NCBI RefSeq assembly: GCF_006345805.1
Contig: NC_043000.1
Coordinates: 111,910,001-111,974,000, forward strand
Source of the DNA: Octopus sinensis
Lineage: Eukaryota
DNA length: 64,000 nucleotides
Direction of reading: 5' to 3'
Positions 47,413 to 60,240 of this stretch are shown here, one piece after another (position 1 is the first letter of the stretch; each line of letters starts with the position of its first letter). The notes below the pieces were generated by a model. It did not search any database, was not told the origin of the DNA, and saw only the letters and a list, made by a program, of their open reading frames with translations. Made by a program: the position numbers and the translations under genes.

Positions 47413-48838
47413 AATTACTCGTGGCAACTTAGAACTTAATGCTGAGACCAAAATGTGACTGGAGTTGTCTCCCCGTACTCGGCTGAAATAAAGAAATATT
47501 TAATCAATAATTATTCATGTTAAATATTGATCCTTTCCCTCTTTTATTTTTTAATAATCTCCGCATTAAATATACCAACAATAAATTCATACAGCGAGCC
47601 CGTCATTTGCCCGTTGTAAACCTATATGCCACGACGCTAATATATTAAGTGGACACAACAAAATTGTTTTTCATGTTCAATAAATTATTTATTTTCTGAG
47701 CAATATTTTTTTTGCCAACATGTATGGAATCTTCTAGATTTAACATCATAATGATCCTTTCCTTTCTACATCGATAACTAAGGTGCTGGATATGCTTCGC
47801 TTATGAAGTCCTGATATAACGGAACAGAATTTCTTTTTTTTTTTTTTTTCACGTAATTTTCGAAATGAATTAAAATAGTATTAAAATTCGCCTAATACGA
47901 TCTTCCATGTCACAGTTTTATTATTTCTAACTAGTTTTCTAACGCTTCTTCTTATTAAATAGACATAATTTTATTTATGGGCCATCTCATGAAAGTTACA
48001 CTAAAGTAGGTTTTCGAGAATTTTTTGAATAGCCAGGTGCTGAAATGGTTCGATGTCGATATTGCATCAATTTCTTCCAGGTCTGCCCGGCGTTGTCTTT
48101 AACATGAAACTTTTTTGTCACGTACGTCACACCAGGTAGATGAGAATTGTAACCACTGACAGTGTTCGTTGTCCAGCAAATTCATTCGCATTTTTTTTGA
48201 AATTTTAAAATCGATGTAAATAAACACCACGAGAGTTTTTATGCTAAGAAAAAATTCAAAGCATTTATCTGTTATTATTATCAAGTAAAAAAAAGTTTTG
48301 TACGATGTCATGTACGTCACGCTTTTTGAATCCTCCTCAAAAAAATTCAACATAAGACAGGTTGAAAAGTTTTTTGTTTAATATTTGTCAGGATAGTTAA
48401 ACTTTACTGTGAAAAATGAATCAATAAATTTCTTGTAAATTCTTTTATTTTCCCCCCTTTAATTGTTTCAGCCGTTGGTACAGTGCCGGCCCTAGGGTTG
48501 CTGGCGTCCCGAACAAGCTGACGGTCGTGGACATTTCCTCGTCTTTGTCACGTCTGCCTTGCCCCTCCTCAGCTGGTGACTGCTATAGTTGCCGGTACCT
48601 TGAGCCGGCCCTGACTGAACCCATGTTAGGGCACTGCCTTCACGGGTACTTATTTTGTCCGTTTCTTTTCCCGAACGGCTAACTTAGCAAACTAACATAA
48701 GTTGTCAAACAGCGTCGGGGGATAAGCAGAAAAACACAGTCTTGCATGTTGAATTGTTTTGAAGAGGATCCATGACGTACGTGACATCGCACAATTTATT
48801 ATTATTTTTTTTTTCTCTATTTTTCACCTGAAAATATT

Positions 48839-48881
48839 TGGTCCTACGATGGCTTAACTAGTCGAAACTTCGAAGTCACTG
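48839..48881 (+). ncRNA. Degenerate minimal hammerhead-like motif
   Basis: TGGT-CCTACGA-T-GGCT(TAACT)AGTC-GAA-ACTTCGAAGT-C-ACTG: palindromic stem III and GUC site, core box altered. Confidence 0.45.
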
Positions 48882-49311
48882 TCACTAATTTTCTTGTTTA
48901 AGAATAATAAACTTGTACTGTACAAAAGTATAGATTCAGCCATCAGATTAATGTAAAACATTATAATATGTTTCTTTATTAGCCACACAGGGCTGCACAC
49001 AGACGGGACAGATTACAAAGTAGAGCTTTTCTTTTTGGGGAGAAAAAAAAAGTGGGGTAGGTTTTCGATCAAAAGGGATAGTAAAAGGGAAAGAAAAAAA
49101 AAAGGAAAAAAAACGATCAATAGGAATCGTGTATCACAGAAATGTCATGATGTAAAATGTAAAGGGGAAAGCAGATAAGGTTTAACCGTGGAAAGAAAAG
49201 CCTGCGGAAAAGACCACGGTAACCTCGTCAATAATGTTACATGTTACCACATTTGTTCGCAAGTAGGTAGCTCTCTGTTTTAAATTTAGCACAAAACCAA
49301 ACTTTAATATA

Positions 49312-49438
49312 CAGGGTGTCCACAAAGTCTGGGTACATGGAGTAAATAAAATCATAACATAAAGAATTAAATATAAAATATAATAATTTCTTAAAGTATG
49401 TGTTAATCCCCATGAACCCAGACTTTGTGGACACCCTG
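49312..49438. mobile_element. Tc1/mariner-type MITE, TA TSD
   Basis: TA|CAGGGTGTCCACAAAGTCTGGGT...ACCCAGACTTTGTGGACACCCTG|TA. Confidence 0.85.
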
Positions 49439-49582
49439 TATATATACAAGCCGGGTTTCTTCACAGTTTCCGCCTACAAATCCAATCAGAATGCTTTGGT
49501 TAGTTCGAGGCTACAGTGGAAGACCCCTGACCCAGGTGACACGCAGGGAGAAGCAAGTGCCCTCCTCACCACACAACCTCAC

Positions 49583-49763
49583 CTGTGCCTCGATGCCGCG
49601 CAGCAGTGGTACAGAAGGAGCCGTTCAGGCCCCACATCACTTCGTTTTCGGTGGATTTCTTGTCCTCGTCGATGGCGTTTCCAAGTGAAATTCTCTCGTA
49701 AACACCATTAAGAGTTATGTCCCCATTCGCCAGGTGAAGGCGCTCCGTCGCTGGGTTTACCAT
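49583..49763 (-). CDS. Putative first coding exon (MVNPATERLHLANGDITLNG...AARHRGT), partner exons uncertain
   Basis: 60 codons from a purine -3 ATG in a CpG-rich island, ending at ACAG|GTGAGG. No recognisable family. Confidence 0.4.
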
Positions 49764-50155
49764 TCCTCCCGTTCGGTGTTTATGTCTCTTACCAGAGACA
49801 TTGACACTGAAGCATGTGATAAAATACCATCAGTTTAATACTCTAAAACAAGCAGCAAACTCGTGTAAGTTCCCTTATTTATTCCATTAATACTTCTTAC
49901 CATTATTTACTAAGCATCAGTCGTGTTTAATATCCCTGTCTGTGTCGAGTATTCCCTGACATTTCTTCAGCAGGAACGATGTATGGAGGTGTCACCATAA
50001 TTCTTGGGAAGAGTTTCTGTTGTTAAAATTAGAAAATAGAGACGAGAACAGAAGACAAAAAGCAGTGCGATGGGTCTGACGACTGATTTCGTTAATTTTG
50101 GGCTAACTTCTTGCAGAGGACTTTCGTATCACTGTTAGTATATAATTTAGTGGAT

Positions 50156-50187
<32 letters not shown>

Positions 50188-50799
50188 TATTTTAAACTGT
50201 GCTAATATCTTTCTTTGTGTATATGTGTCTCTCTTTATATATATACATATATGTATAGATTTATGGATCTCTTTTTCACTGTGTATACAGTTATGCGTCT
50301 GCGTCACGTTCTACAAACATACAATGAAAATAAACAAGCACAAATGATGCGTAGGATTTCCGCCTTAGCTCTTATATTAAATCATTTACACGCACCATTA
50401 AACATACATGTAAACAAATACACTTTGCATGGCAAAATAGATATTCCCCCATACAAGATATCTATAGTTTTTATTGTTTAATTCTACTCTGTTAATATAT
50501 ATCACCTCATGTGTTCTGTAGGAATAATCTACTGAAATACTTGTCTAGTAGTTTACCGGAATGATGAAAAGCAAAGTTGACATCACTGGGATTTGAACTC
50601 AGAATGTAAAGAGCTCAGTATGTAAAGTTGACATCAGTGGGATTTGAACTCGGAATGTAAAGAGAATGCAAATGGATCCGACAGAGAGTTTTACTTGGGT
50701 ATCTTATTGATACGTGTTCGGAAATCAATTCTCGGTTGAACTTACGCCGTCCGTATTCGTTCAAAATGCATGAACCTCCACTATGCGTCATACCCTACT

Positions 50800-51220
<421 letters not shown>

Positions 51221-51297
51221 TTAAAGAGACAACAAGCGTTATGGCAAAGCAAGCATCTCAAGGCATATACATTATTGTGGTGCACCTAAGCACTGTA

Positions 51298-51343
<46 letters not shown>

Positions 51344-52024
51344 GGAAAAAAGATTCACAGTCTTACAGTGAACTAACCCCCCATATTTTATATCTGTCTG
51401 TCTGTCTGTCCATGTATGCATACATATGTTTGAGTGTACGGGTCACACATTCATATACATACAGACAGACATACATAGACATACACGTGTACACGCAAAT
51501 ACAAGCACAAATGCAAACGAAAACATTGGTTGTATTCTCGCACACTTATGTATAAGAGAAATTAAATGGATTCCAGCTTGTTTTGACGATTAACTGAACT
51601 GCTTACTCACTGAATTGTCGTGGAAGTGGCTGAATATACCACAGACGCGTGGATCCTTAATTTAATCCTCGCACAGAACCAGTTTGCCCATGCGGGTTGC
51701 ATTCTTTCGGCATTGGTCTACAGTGTGTCAGTATGAGGAAACAATGTCATTCACCCTCTTCTTTTTTCTCAACCTCTTTATCTATGTCATGGTGGAAGGT
51801 TGTGTGGGTGAACGATGTCGTCTGCCAATATCTAGGGATTGCAATTGTGGGATCTTTCCATCATATATCATGAGTTGTAAATGGCTAAGTATGTTACAGG
51901 TGCTGAGACCTCTAGGGTACTGTAACTCAGGGTGACAAAGCGTGTGGCAAGTCACTTTGAATTGCTTGTACAGCCCATCTGATTGGTTTCCACATACACA
52001 CACATGCACACCTACTCATCTGTA

Positions 52025-52505
52025 TTGTGTCAAGACATAAGGTTTGCAATATTTTGGTAGCTTATTTGCTTATTTTCATCGAGTTACAATAAAAGCTGCC
52101 TGGCATTCAAATTAGGGCCCATCATGTTGCACCGTCTGAAGCCACTCTTCTGCCAGTTCTTTGATCCTAGACTGATACCAGATCTTGTTCTTCGTGGTGA
52201 AGAACTCCTTCACTGAAGCTTCCACCCCTTCTAGGTTGATGAAGTGTTGCAAACACAGGAAGTGGGTCTTGCATTGGAACAATTAAGAATCTGAGAGATA
52301 TTTTTCTGCAATCTTTACGTGCATAAACAATTTACGTGTTTAAGCAAGGGCCAGCTTCTGGAACCTATCACCAAACATGGGTGTTTCAAACACCAGGTAA
52401 AGCTTTGCATCTAGGGAATTCTAGCCGGCATTGGTTAACAGAAAGTGAGCTCTTCTCCAGCAAGACGATGCAAGACTTCATACTGTTTGAACGACCCAGA
52501 TAAAA
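52025..52505 (-). mobile_element. Rearranged mariner transposase remnant
   Basis: Minus: QHFINLEGVEASVKEFFTTKNKIWYQSRIKELAEEWLQTVQHDG. Plus: ALVNRK*ALLQQDDARLHT. Confidence 0.7.
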
Positions 52506-52689
52506 GCCAGGAATTTGAGGGGATTGAATTGATGCCACACCTGGCATATAGTCTGGCTATACCTCCCTTAGATTATTACTTGTTCCAATCCATGGCTCAC
52601 TTCCTGTGCTTGTAATGCTTCATCAACCACAAAGAGGTGGTAGCTTCAATATATATTCATAGATGTACACACATGTGTATATATTAGAT

Positions 52690-53045
52690 CCGAGCATGAT
52701 CGTTGCCAGAGCGGCCAACTGGCTTCCGTACCCATGGCATGTAAAAGGGCACCATTCGAGTGTGATCGTTACCAACGTCACCTTACTGGCACCTGTGCCT
52801 GTGGCATGTGTAAAAAGATTCGAGCGAGGTCATTGCCAGTACCGCCTGACTGGCCTTCGTGCCAGTGGCACGTAATAAGCACCCACTACACTCTCGGAAT
52901 GGTTGGTGTTAGGAAGGGCATCAAGCTGTAGAAACTCTGCCAAATCAAGATTGGAGCCTGGTGCAGCTATCTGGTTCGTCAGCCCTCAGTCAAAATCGTC
53001 CAACCCATGCTAACATTGAAAGCGGACGTTAAACGATGATGATGA
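52690..53045 (+). mobile_element. SINE-like repeat family A ending in CCATGC.AGCATGGAAAGCGGACGTTAAACGATGATGAT
   Basis: Representative copy. More than 12 copies on both strands (about 1, 5230, 18110, 28275, 31945, 33205, 36020, 38910, 42625, 54500, 56380, 57080, 61170). Confidence 0.8.
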
Positions 53046-53049
53046 TTAA

Positions 53050-53725
53050 GGTTAAGTGAGGAATTAGGCTTTGTATGGGATAGAGGTGCAGGGGCAATAT
53101 GCAATAGGAATACACAGGAAACACATTTTCTTGAATGTCTGAGAAGATCCTTAGGGGTAGTAGATAGTTTCTGATATGTAGGGGACCTGATTAGTAGTGG
53201 AGTGGGATGTCCTGGAAGTGTAGTCATTAGAATAAGAACAGAATGGGAAAAGCTGAGAGAGTTGTTACTGTTGTTGGTAATAAAACACCTGTCTCTTAGA
53301 GTTGAAGACAGATTGTATGATGTTTCTGTATGAACAGTAATGCTCCATGGTAGTGAAATGTGGGCCCTAAATGCAGAGAACATGGGAAGACTTGAAAATA
53401 ATGAAGCTAGCATGCTTCATTGGAGGTGCAGAGTCAGTGTTCATATACAACGAAGTGTAAATGTGTTGAGGAAAAAATTGGACATAAGAGGAATCCGATG
53501 TAGTGTGGTCAGGTGATGCATATTAATGAGGACAGTTGTATAAAGAGGTGTTGATTGTCTAAGGTAGATGAAAGTTGTGCAAAAGGGAACCCTGGAAGAC
53601 ATGAGGTGAATGGATGGAGGTTGATCTTAGGACTTTGAATCTCATGGAAAAGATGCAAAAAGACTAGAATGACTAGCAGTATGGGGTGCACAAGAAGATC
53701 CTTCCATCTCAGTAAAACTGAGTTT
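53050..53725 (+). mobile_element. RTE-clade LINE 3' remnant
   Basis: VDSF*YVGDLISSG...RIRTEWEKLRELL...VMLHGSEMWALNAENMGRLENNEASMLHW. Confidence 0.85.
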
Positions 53726-55077
53726 CTAGACACACACACACACACACGTGTGTGTGTGTGTGTGTGTATGTATGCATGCACAGTTGTTCCCCTTGTTTAA
53801 TTTCCTAGGCACTCACCCCACCCCTTATTTTCTATCATTTGCCTAACTGCAGTATTCTGCTGCCCTGGTACTAGTTATTTTCCTCACTACTGGAACTTCT
53901 TCACATCACATCCATGCTTCTGTTGTACCTCTCTACTCACATTTTACATTGATCACCCTCACCCCTCTTTCATATTGTTATTCTTCACCTCCCTGTACTG
54001 CCTACTTCTTCCAACTTTCCCCATCAACTCACGCATCATCAATTACCCTTCCACTATTCACTGCATTCACCCCTAAGCTCCTCTCAATATTTAGTCATCA
54101 TCTAATCTTCCTTATCTTTCATCCAACACTTATTTATCATTAACTCCCTCCCCACACAACGCACCTCAACTCTTGCTCATCTTTCAGTATATTTACATTC
54201 CTACCACATCTTACCACCCCTCACTCTCTCTGTATATTCTTAACTACTACCCAGCAACCTTTCCTATTCTTCTACCCCAGATCCCACCCTGACACCTCGT
54301 CAATATCTTCTTGGTCTCTTTTACCAGCTCAACACCAACTACTCCTACCCACTGTGCATAATATGAGCAGATGTCTCTCCCCTTCAGCAAGAAACCTGTT
54401 TCAGGGCCCCTCCTTCATACTCTAGCTTTTCATAAAGCTGCCTCTCTCTACTTCAACCCCACTCTGCCTAATATTTGATTTAGTCTTGCAAGTTACATGG
54501 CAACCTCACTGGTGCTGGCGCCACAAAAGAAGCACTCCATGCAATCTGTAAAGGGGTTGGCATTAGGAAGGCCATCCAGTTACTGAAACCATGCCAAAAT
54601 AGACATTGGCACTCAAACCATGCTCTGGCTCATCAGATCCTGTCAAAACATCCAACCCATGCCACTATCACAGATAGATGTTAAGAGATGATGATGATGG
54701 TTTGTCTGATGAGCTTCTGTTTCTGGCTTCCAGATCTATTCATAAGACTTTCGTCAACCCTAGACACTTTCTCAAGGAGCTATGCAGAGGGACTGAACCC
54801 AAAACCACATAGGGGGGAAGCAGATTGCTTAATCATATTGACATGCCTCTACCTATCATGTGTATGTGTGTGTATATGTATATATGTGAGTGTGTGTGTG
54901 TGTATATGTATATATGTGTGTGTGTGTGTGTGTATATGTTGGGCCTCGCAAAGGGGATGCCAGGAGACTAAGACTTCTGGCAATTTGCTGTGCTTGAGAA
55001 GACACATCAAGCAAAGTAAATATAGGAGAGTATTGTATTTCGCTTGAAGCTTTGTGTATTGTTTGTAAAGAATAAAA

Positions 55078-55870
55078 AGTTAAGTTAAGTTAAGTTAATT
55101 TTTTGGCTCAAAAAGCAAAAAGCAAGGCCATGTAGGGAGACATGGTGTTCATACAAAGAGTTCAGGTCATTTGTGGTCAAGGGAGACTTTGAACCGAGCG
55201 GTCGTCGGCATCTTCACTATCTCGTCCGGCAGCTTATTCCACGGATTCGCAACCTGGACGGAGAAAGCCCCTCTCCTTCGATTGAGATGAAATCGTCGCA
55301 GATAGAGCTTTTCGGAGTGACCCCGCAGCTGACGTTCTGGAGCAGGAGTAAAGAACAGCTCTTTCGAGAGGTTACACTTTCTGCTTATGATGTTGTGAGC
55401 AAGAATGAGATCACCACGGCGTCGTCGTTTTTCTAGAGAATAAAGGTCGAGCGTCTTCAGCCTTTCTTCATAAGACAAATGCTTGAGACCAAGTACCATG
55501 CGGGTAGCCAGCTTCTGGACTCTTTTGAGATGATTTATGTCTTTGAGGAGATAAGGAGAAGAGGCTTGAATCCCGTACACCAATATGGGTCTCACCAGCG
55601 TGACATAGAGCGGTAGGAATATGGCTGCTGTGAGCATTCCGAATGACCGTCGAATCAAAAACAGAACTCCACGTGCTTTGTTGGCAGCATGGACGCACTG
55701 GGCCGAAGGCGAAAAGGAAGAATCCAACAAGATACCCAGGTCCTGTACCTGATCGGTCCTCTCCAGCAGCAGACAACCCGGCTCGAAATCAAGTTGAATT
55801 GCAGGAGTAGAGCCAACAGGCAGATGACAGCACTTTGACACGTTCAGACACAGATCCCATTCATTAGACC
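55078..55870 (-). mobile_element. CR1-clade LINE, 5'-truncated, RT C-terminus with (AACTT)n tail
   Basis: Uninterrupted 224-aa ORF 55167-55841 with QDLGILLD, LYVTLVRPILVYG, LSYEERLKTLDLYSLEKRRRRGDLI, FSVQVANPWNKLP; tail ttaacttaacttaactt. Confidence 0.93.
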
Positions 55871-55872
55871 AT

Positions 55873-56283
55873 GTTTTGAATGGTACAACAATGCACTATA
55901 ATACAGACAACGGGCTATATACCTGTTATAATTTAGTCATCCATAGTCTGATATGATATTTCAGAATAAAATTCCTTCTTCAGATATTCTTAGCTCAGCA
56001 CTATGGATGTACCAGCACACACGAGATTGAGACATGGCCAACCTCACACACTTCTCATGAGGAATTCTGGAAGGAGCTTCGTGAGACCACTGCTGAGACG
56101 CTTCAAAAAAAAATAATAAAAAAGAAAAGCCGTTGGAAAACTGATTATAGCAGCGACTCCATCTAAGAATATCTGAAGAAGGAATTTTATTCCAAAATAT
56201 CATTTCAGACTATGGATGGTTAAATTCCAACAGGTATATAGCCCATTGTTTGTATTATAGTGCATTGTTGTACCATTCAAAAC
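55873..56283. mobile_element. MITE with 121-bp TIRs
   Basis: Arms 55873-55993 and 56163-56283 are reverse complements with scattered mismatches; abuts the truncated 5' end of the CR1. Confidence 0.8.
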
Positions 56284-56622
56284 TTTTCATTCTTTACGAA
56301 GTAACTATGTGAAAGCCCTTGCATACAGACATGTCCCCTAAATCCCTCTTCAGCTGAGCATTCCTAATCATGCATGTTGTGGTTGGTGGTGGCACCACAT
56401 AAAATGCCCCTGTGCCAGTGCCATGTAAGATCACCTGTGCTGGTGCTATGAAAAAGCACCCACTGCCACTTTATAAAGTGGATGGCATTAGGAAGGGCAT
56501 CCAGCTGCAGAAACCATGTCAAAACAGATATGGCCTCCAGGCAGCTCTCCAGCTGACCAGCCCCTTTTAAACCATCCAGTTCATGCCAGCATTGGAAAAG
56601 TGGATGCTAAATGATGATGATG

Positions 56623-56654
<32 letters not shown>

Positions 56655-56658
<4 letters not shown>

Positions 56659-57064
56659 CATGGTCACTGTGACCGACCAGGCTATCAGATGTTGCTACAC
56701 AACGCTGGTCACAATGGGTTATCTTTTCTGCTTCTCCCTAATTGGATCTCTGCTCTTTTTTACAGCTTTATATCAAACTTTACTACACCATGTTATATCT
56801 TTCCCTGAAGGAAGGCCTTCCTCTCACATTGTTTTAGCCTTCAAAGGACACCACCCTGCTGGTTAGGCCAACAGAAGAAAGAGTGAGAGAAAGTTGTGGC
56901 GAAAGAGTACAGCAGGGATCACCCCCCCCCCCCATGCCGGAGCCTCATGGAGCTTTTAGGTGTTTTCGCTCAATAAACACTCACAACGCCCGGTCTGGGA
57001 ATCGAAACCGCAATCCTATGACCGTGAGTCCGCTGTCCTAACCACTGGGCCATTGCGCCTCACA
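56655..57064 (-). mobile_element. tRNA-derived SINE (family E) interrupted by a 111-bp local insertion
   Basis: Head GGCGCAATGGCCCAGTGGTTAGG...GGTTTCGATTCCCAGACCGGG; tail ...GATAGCCTGGTCGGTCACAGTGA. Confidence 0.75.
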
Positions 57065-57816
57065 CACACACACATATATCATCATCTTCATCATCATTTA
57101 ACGTCCGTTTTCCATGCTGGCATGGAATGTTTGACTGAGGTCTGGGAAGCCAGGAGACCGTACCAGGCCCCAATCTGATCTAGCAGTGTTTCTACAACTG
57201 GATGTCCTTCCTAATGCCAACCACTCCAAGAGTGTAGTGGGTGCTTTTCACATGCTACCGGCACAGGGGGCAGAGGAGCTGGCATTTAGCACAATTAGAT
57301 GGTGCTTTTCATGTGCCACCGGCACGGAGGCTAGTCAAAGCGGCACTGGCATCGCCCACGTTCGGATAGTGCATTTTACGTGCTACCAGCACGGGGGTCA
57401 CAACTACAATTTCCATTTGATTTGGTTTTGATATACTGATGTTGATGTGTGTGTGTGTGTGTGTATATGTACAGCAATAAGAAAATAGCGGGGATCAAGA
57501 GGTGGTATTCATCAACTTTTAGACATTATATTATGTCTGTTTATTTATTTTTTAAAAAGAAACAATTATAACAATATACCTATATCCATTTTTTTATTGC
57601 TGTATAAATTAAGGGTAAAACAACTTTTTACCCTCATCTATTTATTACATTCAGTAGTGTAATTAACATGCAAAGAAAAAACACTTGTGTATTAATAATT
57701 GGGTCTTCTACCAGCAGTATATTGGATAGACATTATCCCTTAGTTGGTTGGATTCACCTCTAACACTCTTGGAATATATATATATATTCTCACTCTCTCT
57801 CTCTCTCTCTCTCTCA

Positions 57817-57852
<36 letters not shown>

Positions 57853-59814
57853 ACAATACCAGAAACCTAATAGCAACCATCTTACTCAGATCATAATTCC
57901 TCGTCTTAAAATAGGAAGGACACATTGGATAATGTATTTCTAAACCAGATCCTTCTGAAGAGACATGATACTTATGGTTGGAGTGTGAAAGGTCATTAAC
58001 TGGATTAATCAATTATAACCAAGGGCTGAATGAAAATACTAAATTTGATTTGCACAATCAAGTTCACACGCACACATGCACACACACACTTAGAGACTTA
58101 CACATACAGACAGTCAGATATAGACATACACACTCAATCAATTACATCTAGGGAAGGTGTCACTCAGCCGAGTGGCACTCTGTCTCTAACAGACACACTC
58201 CAGCCTCAAGTCTATACACATGCTGTCACCGCTCTCTACCTTTTCTGTTACTATTGTAATAGCTTCTGCCCCTCGAAGCTGGTCAGTCCCATACTTTTAC
58301 CTATAAGGTACCCCCAGTCTTACTTCACTCCTTCAATCCCTAACGAGTATTGGCCATTGATGACTTTTCTCCTCTCTTCTTGACCCTGGGCTATCTTTTC
58401 TGCTTCTCCCCAATTGGATCTCTGCTCCTTTTTACAGCTTTCTATCAAACTTTACTACACCATGTTATATCTTTCCCTGAAGGAAGGCCTTCCTCTCCCA
58501 GATTTTGTTGCACTTTGCTTGTCCTCAGTGCTTCAATAATTATATTTTTTTTATTCTAGGTAAGGGAGTTGGCTCTATGTGAACCTATTTTCATCTCTGG
58601 GAAGAGATGGTTCATACCAGTCTGGCCTTTGTTCTTTCACTTGTCCAACATGGGAGGCCTTATCAGGATCTTGTGCTCCTCAGGGTTATTGAAGCACACA
58701 AGCCACTACATAATAACAACAAGGATCTCATCTCAAAACCTTTCATCTCCATTGCTGCATCCACTGCCCCTACCCCTTTCTTCACACTAACCACTTACCC
58801 AATCCTTCTTCCTCACAACATACATCATCCCTCCAGAATTTCCTCTTCTCTGCTCATGTATTTCCTGCAGGTGTTGATCTGCAGCAGCTTAAATGGAACA
58901 TTAATGGTGTCAGCTTCGTCAGATGCACTCATATTCACACAAAACACTCAAACACATATACAAAATTTGATAAATGCACATATATATATATATATATGTA
59001 ATCACATGCATACACACAACCAGATATATGCAACTGCATACACACACACAGTCATGTGCATACAAATATACAATTCATAATCGCATATATACATACACAG
59101 CCACACATACACAATTACATACACTCACACACATACACAGGATGTACTTGTCCTTCCTTTATGATTACCATACTTATCCACGCTCATACAATCACATTCA
59201 TACATATACAGTCTCAGATACAATTCCATACACACGTGCTTGTACAGTTGTGCGCATGCACGCACAAACACACACATGCTTGTACAATTGTGCACATACA
59301 CACAAACATGTTTGTACAGTTGTGCGCATACACACACACACACACAGCTTGTACATTTGTGCATGTATGCACACACACACATACAGCTTGTATAGTTGTG
59401 TGCATATGCATAAACGAATACACACATACTTGTACAGTTGTGCACACATGCGCACACACAAAAACAGACACACAAACACACATATGCATACACACACACT
59501 TACAAACACACACATACAAACACACAGACACAAACACACATATACACACACTCACATACATGCCCCCCTCCCACAACACACACACACAGCCCCATATGAC
59601 AAGACCTTCACTGCTGAAATTTACCACATTGCCTCCAAAATTGCATTATAGTCTGTTATTTACGGTGTCAAACTTTACCCCCCCCCCCAAAAAAAAAAAA
59701 TTCCACCCCCAACACACCTTTGGAGTTACCTGCAAAAGGCATCAGTACAACACCTCTACCTTTTCTGACTAACAAATTATAAGAAATCTAAGTTATCCCT
59801 GACTGTCCTACATA

Positions 59815-60240
59815 TTACACCACCACCATTACCACCTTCACTACCACCACAGCCACCACCACCTCCACCACTGCCACCACCACCACCACCACGACAGCCA
59901 CTGCCTCCACTACTGCTGCTGCCACCATCACCACCACTCCACAACAACCAACACCACCATCATCTCCACTGCCAGCACCACCAGCACCTCTGCCACCACA
60001 ACCACCTCCACCACTACCACTACCACAACAGCCATCAGCACTGCCACAATAGCCACCGCCACCAGCAGCAGCAGCAGTACCACCACCACAACAGCAACAA
60101 CCACCACCAGCACTGCTGCCATTGTTGCCATCACCACTGCCACCATCACCACCACCTCCACAACCACCTCCACAACCACCACTGCCACCATCACCTCCAC
60201 AACAACCACCACCATCACCATCACCACCACAGTAGTCATG
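59815..60240. repeat. Imperfect (ACC)n trinucleotide tract
   Basis: Direct reading; explains the poly-Gly and poly-Val ORFs. Confidence 0.9.

Noticed and set aside
47785-47830. CTTATGAAGTCC...GGAAC hammerhead-like string (similar weak hits near 7437 and 1515)
   Set aside because: Too many core positions are missing to support.
56990-57064. tRNA-like sequence (also at 30230-30300)
   Set aside because: SINE heads: no closed acceptor stem, and followed by SINE bodies.
58607-59772. Long HT/CV-rich ORFs
   Set aside because: (CA)n-derived low-complexity sequence.
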